Source of the DNA: Geosiphon pyriformis uo1
Taxonomy: Eukaryota; Fungi; Glomeromycota
Assembly (NCBI GenBank): GCA_016748015.1
Contig: JAAOMT010000445.1
Span: 434,001 to 498,000 of the forward strand
Direction of reading: 5' to 3'
Length of the DNA stretch: 64,000 nt
Shown piece after piece: positions 1 through 13,549 of this stretch (its first letter is position 1; the number at the start of each line of letters is the position of its first letter). The notes beneath the pieces are model-generated. The model ran no database searches, had not been told where the DNA came from, and saw nothing but the letters and a program-made list of their open reading frames with translations. Position numbers and translations under genes: made by a program.

Positions 1-97
1 ATTTAAGTATCTTTTAAAAAATTAAATTTTCTTTTTTATATGATTAGGGAATTTAGTTTTAATAAAGCCATAAAAACTTTTTATAAATGATGTTTTT

Positions 98-132
<35 letters not shown>

Positions 133-488
133 TTATGATTTTTATAGTGACTTTTCAATAAACTAAAAAATATCTTAAATCAAAGATACCGATTATAACC
201 ATTTGATGTTATATAGTATCTATTATCTATTATCTAATTCTTTACCCTCTTTTAATATTTTTTGATTATGTACTTGAAATTTTACACAATCAACAAAAAG
301 ATATGTTTACTTGATCTGGGAGATGAGATTTTTTTTAAAATAAAAGAAGGTGTAAAATCCTAATAGGTCGAAAGCTTTTACAATTTAATAAGCGTGAGTG
401 TGGGGTAAATTGTGCATAATTGAAAAAAGTAGGGAGTAAGGGTATTACTTGAAATAAATGGGTATGAGAATAAGATGAAGTAAAGTTA

Positions 489-670
489 AGAGTTTTTCCG
501 TTGTTTATTTATTTTTAACTCGATTCAATTTTGACCAAGATAAAGACTATAATTGAATGGATTCAATTAGTAAAATGAAATTACTTTAAATAAGATTGAA
601 TAAAATTATGAGTTTTTCCGGTGTTTATTTATTATAAACTCGTACCAAGATAAAGACTATAATTGAATAT
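489..670. repeat. Imperfect local direct duplication (~60-70 bp, offset ~120 bp)
   Basis: gagtttttccg.tgtttatttatt...accaagataaagactataattgaat occurs at ~490-558 and ~610-668. Confidence 0.8.
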
Positions 671-961
671 TTATATAAACAAAATGAAATTTGAAATACA
701 TTCAACTAACAATGGCAATGAATCTATCCTACCTTTAAACAATAGTGTTAAGCAAATATCATTTAAGTGCATTTTCTAACTCAAAAGATTAAAAGTAATG
801 TAAAGAGAATGAGGCTTATACTTTTTTGGCCATTTTTGAAAATAAGAAACGTGTAATAAAAGTGTGGGGGTAAAAAAAGAAGAAGCCTAAACCATTGTAA
901 ATCGCACTGTCTATACCATCTTCTGCAGGTATACTACTACTACTATTACTACTACTATTAC

Positions 962-1015
<54 letters not shown>

Positions 1016-1888
1016 TACTATTATTATTTTTGAGCTTTTTCAAGTTTAGACTTAATTGGATATAAAAATCTCTTTCCATTTAAATTTATTTTATTTTTAG
1101 GATTTCATATTGTACAAAATCTAAATTTTTGAATGAGGAATTTTCGGGATTCACTTGATGATTTATTTATATGTATATAAGTATGAGTAAATAGAATTTC
1201 TAAATTTAATTCTACCAAAAAAATTGAAAAATATTAGAATAAGGAAAAATAATGGGCTTAGGTAAATTTAGAAATATTCTATAAGGGATTTTTAATAGAG
1301 GAAAAGACTTTTTTCTGAAATGAATGTGTGAGCGGAAACATTTTGTGGGAAAAAATTTTAATCTGCATTAAAAATTAATCATTAGATACTCCTTTTTTAA
1401 AGTTTATAAAGATATTAAAAGAAAAAATTACATGAGATTTCTTTTTTGAAATCTCGGAAAAAGTGAATTCTCAATAGTATTTTTGTACAAGTTTCAATAA
1501 GTATTTGTTTTTTAAAAAAAAAATCACATACAGGGAAAAAAAATTACTAAAATTTAAATTTGGGCTGAAAAATCAAACATGCAAAGGCATGCAGTGGAAA
1601 AATTGTGCCCTATGACCGTGAAAAAATAGAAAGCAAACAGGCATATATAGAATTTCGCATGAATCAATGATTCCATGAACAGCTGATCTTTAATTAGAAT
1701 CAGTCATAATAGATCAACTTTTTTTTTCTTTACCCATTAAAAACAGTATCATTCATAGCGACAATAGAGAACAATGAGTATAAACCACCACATTTTTGTT
1801 AAAAAGGCTTAGAAATAGAAATTTTTTTATTTGTTATCGGATAATATTAAAATCTTTTAAGAAAATTATTTTTCATTTAGAATAGTTC

Positions 1889-1940
<52 letters not shown>

Positions 1941-3446
1941 TTATATTATAATATAAAGATGTGACGAATAAGAAATTCGGAAAGTCTTCCGGAATACTAA
2001 GTCTAGGTAACGATGACTAAAATCTCACAGAATTATTTTTCATTTTGAAAACCCGGATTAAGGATGGTACGAGAATAGATTTTCGAAAATTTTTACCAAT
2101 TATATGACTAATATAAATCTAAAGTTAATATTTTATTATCATGACCCTTTATTTCTGATATCGACAGACAGACAAACAGACAGACAGATGGATGGATGGA
2201 TGGATGGATGGATGGATTGAAACAAAAAAACTTTGCATTGATCAAAAAATGAAAGCTTTGAACCGATGTTCTTTGAAAATTAATGCATCAACTGTATATA
2301 TCAGTATCTTTTCTGTCTATTTGCGATAAAACAAAATTTCTTTCATTTGCTTGGCAAAAAAAAAAAGAAAAGATCCTTGCATTCATTGTACCTCAAGAAA
2401 ATGGCATAATAAAAATTGAGCACAAGAAATTATTGTTTCTCACGACAGGAATCTGAACTAGTTTGATCGTAAAAACTGCGTAAGTAATACTTTTGTTAAA
2501 TAAAAATATAATCTAATTTGTTTAATTTGAGGATAGTATACGAATAAGAAAATATAATATAATATAATATAATATAATTGAATGAATTCAAAAATAACTT
2601 TTGATATCGAATATTTTTTGAAAGATTATAAAAATTTGTAATAGAATTCTCATTTTTGGTTCCACATAATTACAAATTTATTAGTAATTAGACAGATTGG
2701 GGATCTCTTATCCAAATTAATTATCTTGCATTCTAGATAATGTACGTACCAAAATTCTTGTACAACAAAGCTATCAAAAAAATTATTCACTATTTTCTTG
2801 ATCAACATTTCAAGACTCTCGTCCTTTTAAACCTGATTCAAAAGCAAGAAATTTATTTGGGTTAAAAGTTTCAGGGTTGAGGAGGAAGGAAGATACAATG
2901 TTGAAGTTGATCATCAAGTTTTTTCAATTTGATTGTACTACAGATAATTAATAATTCAATTTTATCGTCACTATTTGATAATGTTAGTAATAAAGTATAC
3001 AGATTGAATAAAAATCTACATAACAAACTGTGTTTTGTAAATAATTACAAATTTATTATAAATTAAAAATATCTTTTTGCAGATTTTCATAATCCAAAAT
3101 TTTTTTTAAGCATTTTAAGAAATCCCAATAAATTCAAAGTTTTAGATTCTCAATATCATTGGATTTTCAAAATATTTATAAAATTTAATAATACTAATAA
3201 GGGCTAGCGATATTTAGATATAAAATTTAAGATCAATTCCCAAATCAAAACGTTGACAACGGTGATTGAAAAACAAGGCTAAAATTTAATGAAACTTTAC
3301 CTTTTTCGTTTATTATTGCTCGGCTATTCCCGACTATCCTCATCGTCAATGGAACAATATAATAAATATCTCAATTAAGGTTTTACGAAAAGGTGTACTC
3401 ATTCGTTTTTCTCCTGCTTATTATTAACTTTTTCTAGTTAAGTAAT

Positions 3447-3497
<51 letters not shown>

Positions 3498-3952
3498 ATC
3501 ATAAGATCATAGATCTGCTGATACTCACTACACTTTTGATATATATTGACTTTTCCCGGATTTTTTATCGTAAATTGGATACTAAATAAATTTTTCAATC
3601 TTAGGAGATTCTCACTATAACTAGGGTTGTGAATTGATGACCATTGCACGAATATATCAGAAATTAATGTTCATTTAAAATCACTAAATCAACAATGCCA
3701 TTTTATCATTATAGAAAAAAATATTTATAGGATGCGGCTTAAACCTGTTTTATCGTTTCGAATCAATAAAATAGTGTTTACTGTATGACCCGAAAATTTG
3801 CCTGCGCAATTGCAAAGTCCTTTTAATCTGAATATTTTAAAATGAAGGTTTCTTTTTATGAGTTAAAATATTATCTGCTATAAAATTAACAGCTAACGAA
3901 AGGATGCTAGAAAAGTGTGCTAAAAAAAAATTAAAAGTTTTAAATACACAAC

Positions 3953-3998
<46 letters not shown>

Positions 3999-4487
3999 GT
4001 AATAAATCTTATTTGAAAGAAATTGGAATTACCAAATAGGGAAATAATATTGTTTCACAATCACCTTTCAAAGAATGATCAACGATACGGAAAATTTTAT
4101 AAAATTTCGATGCATTGATGATCGAGGTGATCTTTTAAACAAGGTTGAATGAATTTTTGAGATTTTTTGCGTTGACATTCATTATTACTTTAAATCGGAT
4201 CAAAAGTTCAATTTTTAATAATGATTTCTATTTTAGGAAAATTAAATATGAAATCACCCTGAATTATCTGAATGTTTTTTAAAAAATATCATGAAAATTT
4301 AATAATCTGTTTTCATAAATATATATATTTTATTTTCAGATGTCATAAAATGAGAATTTTATTAAAATAAACTAAACAAAGTCTAATTAAAACAAAATAA
4401 AACAGAATAAAAAAGTTATAATATAATGTTAAAATTTTGCAATTTATGATAAAAATAAAAAATATAGTGATGGTTAATTAAAAATAG

Positions 4488-4626
4488 TGTTGACGTAATT
4501 GAAGATAATGTTGACGTAATTGAAGATAATGTTGACGTAATTGAAGATAATGTTAACGTAATTGAAGATAATGTTGACGTAATTGAAGATAATGTTGACG
4601 TAATTGAAAATAATGTTGACGTAATT
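4488..4626. repeat. 21-bp minisatellite (tgttgacgtaattgaagataa) x ~6.5
   Basis: Directly visible, near-perfect tandem copies. Confidence 0.95.
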
Positions 4627-4735
4627 GGAATAATGATAATGTGACTAGAAGGTAGTAGAAATTTTGATGATTTTTTCTTAAATGATGACATCAGATTTTC
4701 ATTTTTAGTGCTTTTATTATTACAATAAATTTTAT

Positions 4736-4767
<32 letters not shown>

Positions 4768-6539
4768 TAAAATTATATTTAAAATATTTATGAAAAATGT
4801 AAAAAATAAATTTTTAATAATATTAATATCAAATATTAAATATATATTTTATAAATTATTAAAATTATTATTTTTAATAACATATTTGCATATTTGCATA
4901 TTAATAATTAATATAATATAATATAATATAATATAATATATAATATATTTATTATTTGATTGTATCAAATGGATTTTGTTAACTTTAAAACTTTTATTTT
5001 ATTATAATCTCCAATTTCCAATTTTTTTATTTTTATTTTGATGCAGTTTTTTAAAAATTTTTCTTCAAAAATATATTTTTTGAATTATTTTTATTATGTC
5101 AATCAGTAAAAAACTTATTCTTAAAAGAATTATATTAAATTAGGTTTATGTATAAAGTTAATATTAAAAAGGTGAATTATTTTAAGTATTGTAATTTATA
5201 AATGGTATATAATAAAAAATAGTTTTATTTTTCTAACTTTAATTTATAATACAAAAAATATTTTATTATTAAATTTTATTTATTTATTTATTTATTTTTA
5301 CAGTATTTAGTAAGAAAAATTCAATATTAACGCTTTCATGATTTGAAATAATTCATTTTTCATAATACTTAAAATTTATCAGTTAATAGAACATTCATAA
5401 TAATGAGAAATATTTTAATAAAAATCAGAAAATTGCTAATCCACTAAAGAAATATCTTGAATAAGATGCTGAGAAATTTTTTAAACATTATGTTGTGCTT
5501 GAATTATAAAATAATAGTATTTAGATAATATTAAGAGACGGTCAATTTAATACAAAAAAGTAATTCGATAACTGAAAATAGTTTGGTTATTTGTCATTAA
5601 ATAGATGAAAAACTTTAGGTTTTATTCAAGTGCAATAACAACAAAAAAATGAAACCACTAAAAAAATTTTTTTGTTGATTGTTATTATCTCAGTTAAAGA
5701 ATAACAAAATATATATAAAATGCAGTAATTTTTCTGTGAAAAATGCTATAAAAAAAATATCCCTATTCCAAAACCTCTAAAAATCATTTCAAAATTTTAA
5801 CAGGTAGAATATTTACATTTTATCTTATATATCTGGTTTTTATTACTTATTGACTGAAATTTTTCAAAGCAACAGGATTAGGATATGAAATAATCTATTA
5901 AAATGGCTGGGAACCAACTAAAATTTTAGAAAAAATGTTTAATGTATACACTGAGTTAACAAGACTTGGGATTTGACTTTTATTTATTTTTTAATCTTGT
6001 TATTGTTAGTTGCATAGATTGTAAACAGTCAAGAATTTTGAAAAAATAATCTTGTATTTTTTTAAAATCGAGAAGGAATATTTAATAGATTAAAAGGGCA
6101 GCAATAGTGTTACGAAAAGTTGTCACATTAGAAAGCTTCTTTCTCACCTCTACATATATTTTTAATTATCATAAAATTGAAATGTGTGAAGTTGTTGAAT
6201 ATTTTTGGCGCAATAAATCTTAAATTGATCGCTAAATTTACTGATGTTATTTCCTCTTCCTGCACAAGAACGTCCGAATTCTGGGTATTTGTCTTACTTG
6301 CCATTCACGTAAGCATGTATGGAAATTGCTTTGTTACGGTAATCAAATAAAAGCACAGCCTGTCCAGGATAAATTTTCAAGGTTGGTTTACATTGTCATT
6401 TTACCAAATGTGTTTCTTTCCCCACTGAAAGTTCTGATTATAGATGTTCCTCTTGATAAATACTCGTATCTCTTCGACCTGTAAATTTGAGCCATCTGTT
6501 CTATCTATTGTAAGATATTAGACAACCACCTTTATAACA

Positions 6540-6880
6540 ATGTAATAATGAAATATGGGCATCAATGGTTATTCTAGCAGGATAATAATTCAAAATACAA
6601 CTCAAATAGTGTGCTGTATAATGACTTTCAAGCAAAACTCCCATGTCATATTCTGCAATGGCTATTATGTAACAGATATTTAAATCTTATTAAGAATATT
6701 TGGGTTATTTTGAAATATAACATGAAAAAAAATTCAAAATAATGATGACAAAAAAAGTGTCTTGAAAAATTTTATTTGGGCTGTTGGAAAAAGACTGAGA
6801 TAATATTAATATTTGCAACATGCCTTCCCTTATTCAAGGTTGTATAGATTCAAATGGTCATAGTAAATATTAATTTTATA
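6540..6880 (+). mobile_element. Tc1/mariner transposase C-terminal relic
   Basis: WLF*QDNNSKYNS...ILQWLLCNRYLNLIKNIWVILK...IQGCIDSNGH corresponds to the DDE_3 motifs FQQDNDPKHTS, WPS.SPDLNPIENIW and CI...G. Confidence 0.6.
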
Positions 6881-7554
6881 TATAAATTAAAGCAACATTG
6901 ATATTAAGTGGAGGGGAGGTTTGAGTAAAAAAATCTATTGAAAAAAAAGTTTTCATGGAAAAATTTAAAGGATTTTGTCAGAAGTGAAGTAAACAATATT
7001 TTATACAATTTAAAATATTTTATTATGTCATAAATCCTCTACAACTTAATAGGTTATTTAAATGCTTTAATGGAATATACTTCAAATAAAATTAGAAATA
7101 TAATATTGCTTAAATAAGATTTATCATTTAATGAAAATATGATTTCAAAATACGAGTCTGGAAAAATTGCTTTTTAAAATATTCTAAATTTAAAATATAG
7201 TATTATAAACTTTCGAATAAAGCTTTCAAAGGTATTTTTTAATATATTCCAATTTGAGGTAATCACTTTAACTCTTAAGCAAATATTTTTTCTTTCATAA
7301 TAAGTATTTCATAAATTGAGTTTATTCAATTATGTTTATTCTTCATTCAATTTATATAACTCTTTTTTTTTTTTTTTTAAATAAAAATTTCTCTATACGA
7401 TGCTCTACTACAATTTTTGTTTGGGAATTTCGATTAGGAATTATAAGGTTAATGAATTCTCTCATGTCACTTTTTGGAAGGTAATTAACGTAAGCCTAAA
7501 GCTTTTGTTTCTATATATACAGCTTCTCAAGAAACTCATAAAGGCTAGGCCACG

Positions 7555-7887
7555 ATGAATAATAACAACAAGAATAACAACAAGAATAATCATAATAATA
7601 ATGACGATGGAGCTGAATGGGGAAAACTATATCAAAGACCTACTGCAATTATTTCAGTCGGATTAACCGTGTGAGGAACGAGCAAAATAGCTCAAGAAAT
7701 GACCACAGACAATAGTGCCAAGAAAGCCTAGGAGTTTATCAGGGATATTGGCAATGGCTCATTGATCGGGGCTTTAGAAGGGGAAATGTTAAGAAAAATT
7801 TCAAGTAGCACAGTAGCAAGAAATATGGCTGTTGCGTGTACTAAAATTGCGGTAGCTTCTTATCAAAGCTGGTACCGTAATCGCTAA
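7555..7887 (+). pseudogene. Small intronless pseudogene (~110 codons) with two in-frame stops
   Basis: TATA-like ctatatatac at ~7511. Frame reads MNNNNKNNNKNNHNNNDDGAEWGKLYQRPTAIISVGLTV*GTSKIAQEMTTDNSAKKA*EFIRDIGNGSLIGALEGEMLRKISSSTVARNMAVACTKIAVASYQSWYRNR*. The stops (TGA 7672, TAG 7729) are each one G>A change from TGG. Higher GC than flanks. Confidence 0.5.
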
Positions 7888-9815
7888 TAGCTGGTATTTT
7901 ACTAATTATTTATTCTGTTGAAAGAATTATATGAGCTATTAATAATATCCAGAATAAATTTTGAGAAATGAGGATGGGAAAACCAATTAAATCACTTGAC
8001 CCACAGCAAGATTCTTTTACATGAATGAGCTCTAGGAATTAGGAAATTAGGAAATTAGGAAATTAGGAAATTAGGAAACTAAAAAAGTATTTCTCAATGA
8101 ATATCCACTTTCTTTTCAATATTTATTATAACCCTTAATTTCTTTTCCTTCTCTCCCTTTTCCCCTTTTCTTTCTTTCTCAAGTTGAAAATATTTTAGTA
8201 AATCAGGATTATAAAAGATTTAACGAAATCATTTTGATTAATTGAATAAAAGTTTTTTTTTTCAAATTATTTTGCAATAATCAATGTTTATTTTAGTAAA
8301 ATTAAAAAAATTCTTTGTGTAATTTTTCAAATACATTTGAAATTTAAAATCTATTCAAATGATTTACAATTATAATCTAATTATATTTGTAAAAAATAAC
8401 ATTCACATTTTGAATGAAATAGCACGTTTAATGAATATAATAATTAAAAATAAAACACCATAATAATAAAAAGTAATATGATTTTGGATAGAAACTTTTG
8501 AAATTTTTAGGGGTAATTCTTTATTGAGTAAAAAATACCAATAGACAATGATTAATGAAATTATTAATATCATCATAAATATATTATACTAAATATATAC
8601 TGACAATTGATTCTAATTAAAAATAGCTTGGTATTTATAAAGTTTTTATTCTAAAGATATTTTATAAATTTTTATTTTTAAGAAAAACAACTTGATTATA
8701 ACATTAAAAGGGGTCGATCCCTATCGATTAATAATTAAAAATGAAAAGAAAAGAAAATATGAAATAAAAAAATTTTCAAATTTTTGTTTTTCAAATATTA
8801 ATGAAAATATTTATTTTCTAAATTTACTTTGTAAAGTTCCTAGATGGTAATTTTGATACTCGTAATTCCTTACTTTTTCATCATCGTAAACAGGTTTATT
8901 TTTACAACTATTAACTTATTGTCCACCTGTTTATATGTCTCCTTAAACATGTATGATTATGCCATCAAACTTTTATAATTTTACAAGAAAAAAAATGAAA
9001 TATTCAGGAAAATTTTAGGCAGAAAAGTTTTTTAAAATAATACTTGCTTGCTCTATGAGTCTAGAATATCTTGTTTTTTTCCCCCTTGGCATGTTTACAT
9101 CAATGTTATTGAAAAAAAAAAATCATTTGATCAAAATTCATCCCAAATAAATAGTTGACAAATTTCCCGAATAAAAAACTTTAAAATATCCCCTTTTTCA
9201 ATTACTAAAAATAGTACAGGAAAAATAAATTAATATCTAATGTTAAATATTTTAATATGTTCTATTTTAGATATTAAAAAACGAAAGAACCTTTCTTTTT
9301 TTCTTTTTTTTGAGTAGGTGAATGAAAAATATGATTAAAGATAGTTTGAAAGAATTTTTATTTTTAAGATTGATCATTAAAAAAATTTCCAAAATTATTT
9401 ATCCCTGAAAAATATAAATTACTTTTTAAAAGAAATATTTTAAAGTTGTTACTAATAAAATATATAATAAACATTAAAAAATTTATATATTTTTCAAAAA
9501 TGTGTCAATACAGATAAACCCTTTTATATTTTTGACTATTTCGAGATTAAAAGGAAAAACATGTGATAATATTTATTTTTTGGGAAAGCTTGGCATGAGA
9601 AATTAAGAAAAATTTTTCCGGTTAATAATTATATAATAACATAATTAAATTTCCAAATCATATGAGATCAATTTACAAAAAAAAAACAAACTATTTTTAA
9701 TGATTCTAAATATAGTAAAAATAAAAATTTATCAAGTTTATTTTTATTGAAAAAGAAAAAATCATTGTTATCAAAATTAACTTTTAAAAAAATATTTTAA
9801 TCATTTATTAAATAT

Positions 9816-9884
<69 letters not shown>

Positions 9885-11032
9885 TTTATTTCATCAAAAT
9901 TTTTTACATATATAATTTGTTTAATTAAAATGACTTTAAAATTAATTTTAACATAAACATCCAATTTCAATTTCAATTTTGAAACACATTTAAACTCATA
10001 ATGATAAAGTTCGTTTCATGGAATTTTTTTGAATTTTTTTGAAATTTATTTTTCGCTCAACTCTTTATTTTCAAGAATCTTCTCATTTCAAATTTCCTTT
10101 TTCCTTTTTACGTCTTTTCTTTTAACTTTTTACCCATAACCTGTCGGATTATTATTGTTATTACATTCAACAGCATTATTGAGATAACCATTTTTTATAG
10201 AGTAATTTCTTTTTTCATCATACCCATTTATATCTCACATGCATTTGAATGATCCATTTCCATAATAATAATTCTAAAGTTAGATTTAAATTTAGATTTA
10301 TTTTTATTTTTATTCTTATTCAATCTAAACTTTATTTTACCTAATGCTTATAATTTTTTCATTACACTTTTTTCATAATTCCGATTCTTTTTGTTTCGTT
10401 TTTGATGCTTGCTTGTTTAAAAGAGAAATCCCTATCCTATTGTTACGACTATTCTTTGCTTCAAGATTTATCATTTATTTGCTCACATGAAGATAGGTCA
10501 GACTTTTATTTAACCCCAAATGACTCTGATGGGAAAATTTTTAGCCATTTCTTTTTTTTTTTTTTTTTTTTTTTTTTCGATTCTCGAATCTTGTTATTTT
10601 TATCTAAATATTTTCTTACCTATTACGTGGCTTAATAACTGAATAGTAATATTACGCCTTTTTGAGATCTGAAATTTTTTACATCAAATGATTTTTTCTC
10701 TGGGGGATTCTGGACCAATAACTTTTAGCGATTGATCTACTACTACTACTATTACTACTACTACTACTACTACTATTACTACTACTACTACTACTACTAC
10801 TAATACTACTACTACTACTACTAATACTTAATCTAAAAATTATAAATCCAAACCTTAACATATTAATAATAATAATAATACGGGTAACTCTTTCTAATCG
10901 TGCTATTTAACCATTTATCTCACCCCCCCCCCTCATGTATCACCCGTCATATACAAAGTTTCTGTTTTGATCCTGATTCATCAAATTCTAAACCCTAAAA
11001 TCCACCATTTATAAGTAAATAAATTCTCTCTA

Positions 11033-12395
11033 NNNNNNNNNNNNNNNNNNNNNNNNNNNNNNNNNNNNNNNNNNNNNNNNNNNNNNNNNNNNNNNNNNNN
11101 NNNNNNNNNNNNNNNNNNNNNNNNNNNNNNNNNNNNNNNNNNNNNNNNNNNNNNNNNNNNNNNNNNNNNNNNNNNNNNNNNNNNNNNNNNNNNNNNNNNN
11201 NNNNNNNNNNNNNNNNNNNNNNNNNNNNNNNNNNNNNNNNNNNNNNNNNNNNNNNNNNNNNNNNNNNNNNNNNNNNNNNNNNNNNNNNNNNNNNNNNNNN
11301 NNNNNNNNNNNNNNNNNNNNNNNNNNNNNNNNNNNNNNNNNNNNNNNNNNNNNNNNNNNNNNNNNNNNNNNNNNNNNNNNNNNNNNNNNNNNNNNNNNNN
11401 NNNNNNNNNNNNNNNNNNNNNNNNNNNNNNNNNNNNNNNNNNNNNNNNNNTCCTGCTGCCGTTCTTACCACCTCAACTATTACCGATTCATTAATCGTTG
11501 CTACTTCATAGCTGCTGATGATGATGATCAGGTGATATGCGTTAAATAATATCAGTAATAACCGATAACGACTTGTCCGAGAAACTTGAGAACTGGAAAC
11601 GAAAAACTTGGAAATTTTTATTCGGCCTTTATAAACATTAACGTTAACAAAGACGACGATAAAATTCGGAAACAAAACCTAACTATCCACCTACCTACCT
11701 ACCTACCTACCTACCTACCTACCTACCTATCTACCTACCTATCAACCAATCATGAAACTTTTTATCCCTTTTTTTTTCATTGGAAAAAATATACTCTTCA
11801 TATAAATCAATTTGATTCGTCAAAATCAAACCAAACTACTCTTTAAAATTCCAACCGTAGTAAACAAACACACGCTTAATAATCTCTCTAAGTAACTACC
11901 AATCTAATATAGATTTTATTTTTTCATGATTATAACAATAATATCGTTTCTCTTTTAAAATATTTAAAAGACACACGTACACACACACACACACACACAC
12001 ACACATCCACACAAGAAATATACAAATATATAGATTTCATATATAAACCTTATGCCAATATTAGCCTATAGAGACCATTAATTGCGAATGATAAATGAAA
12101 ATGGAAATTTAGCAGGCTAGCTTTTTGAAATGAATTCTTTCTTTATCCCTATTCTCGTGTTTTTAATCTTGAAAGCTTTTAACTTATACAAATCTTTTAA
12201 TAAGAATTCTTCAACCCATCATCAATCAATTAATTGATCAGTNNNNNNNNNNNNNNNNNNNNNNNNNNNNNNNNNNNNNNNNNNNNNNNNNNCTGAGAAT
12301 GATCATTTGAGTATCTATTCTACACCTTGCTTAATCAAATCAAGCCAAAGAGAAAATCATTGAAAGTGGCAGATGCACGCTGTAAGCAATAGGAT

Positions 12396-12463
<68 letters not shown>

Positions 12464-12469
12464 GATAAA

Positions 12470-12527
<58 letters not shown>

Positions 12528-13508
12528 TAATAAAAATAATTAGAGTACCGTAATATTAATGTAACGAATGGACGAAAAGGAACAAATAGGTACATAAAAA
12601 TACAAACAAACAATAATATCCTAAACAAATCAATAAGGTATTCACATAGGGCTGTTGCAGATAAGTGAACTCTTAGTTTTCTACTATAACAGTCTCCTAC
12701 CTTGAGAATTTACCGATATCCGGAAAGTAGGCACAAATAAAATTTTGTTGTATTATCTACTCTATAAATTTATATGAATAATAAATAAATACCTTGTTCT
12801 AATTATTATCTATTAANNNNNNNNNNNNNNNNNNNNNNNNNNNNNNNNNNNNNNNNNNNNNNNNNNNNNNNNNNNNNNNNNNNNNNNNNNNNNNNNNNNN
12901 NNNNNNNNNNNNNNNNNNNNNNNNNNNNNNNNNNNNNNNNNNNNNNNNNNNNNNNNNNNNNNNNNNNNNNNNNNNNNNNNNNNNNNNNNNNNNNNNNNNN
13001 NNNNNNNNNNNNNNNNNNNNNNNNNNNNNNNNNNNNNNNNNNNNNNNNNNNNNNNNNNNNNNNNNNNNNNNNNNNNNNNNNNNNNNNNNNNNNNNNNNNN
13101 NNNNNNNNNNNNNNNNNNNNNNNNNNNNNNNNNNNNNNNNNNNNNNNNNNNNNNNNNNNNNNNNNNNNNNNNNNNNNNNNNNNNNNNNNNNNNNNNNNNN
13201 NNNNNNNNNNNNNNNNNNNNNNNNNNNNNNNNNNNNNNNNNNNNNNNNNNNNNNNNNNNNNNNNNNNNNNNNNNNATGCCAGTGTTAAGCGGTGTCGAAA
13301 CCACGATTGAGATTCGACGTGGTGGGGATAAGATTTTGGAGAGTAATCGTAAAGTCCCGATTATCGCCGTTACAACTAATACCCTCAAAGATCAGAGGAA
13401 AGTGTACACTGATGCCGGAATGGTAAGTCTCATGAAAAAAAATTTCACTTTTTACTTTGTTGGGTTAGTCGTTTCTGTCTCTGTTTCTTGGCACATATGT
13501 GCCAATGT

Positions 13509-13549
<41 letters not shown>

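Noticed and set aside
4488-4626. CRISPR-like array
   Set aside because: Contiguous tandem units without unique spacers, in eukaryotic context.
4728-4774. Hairpin aattttataga(A)n(T)n tctataaaatt; similar TA-palindrome at ~18462-18500
   Set aside because: Low-complexity palindromes are expected in very AT-rich DNA.
6180-6480. Higher-GC - strand stretch resembling a decayed exon
   Set aside because: Several stops and no recognisable motif.
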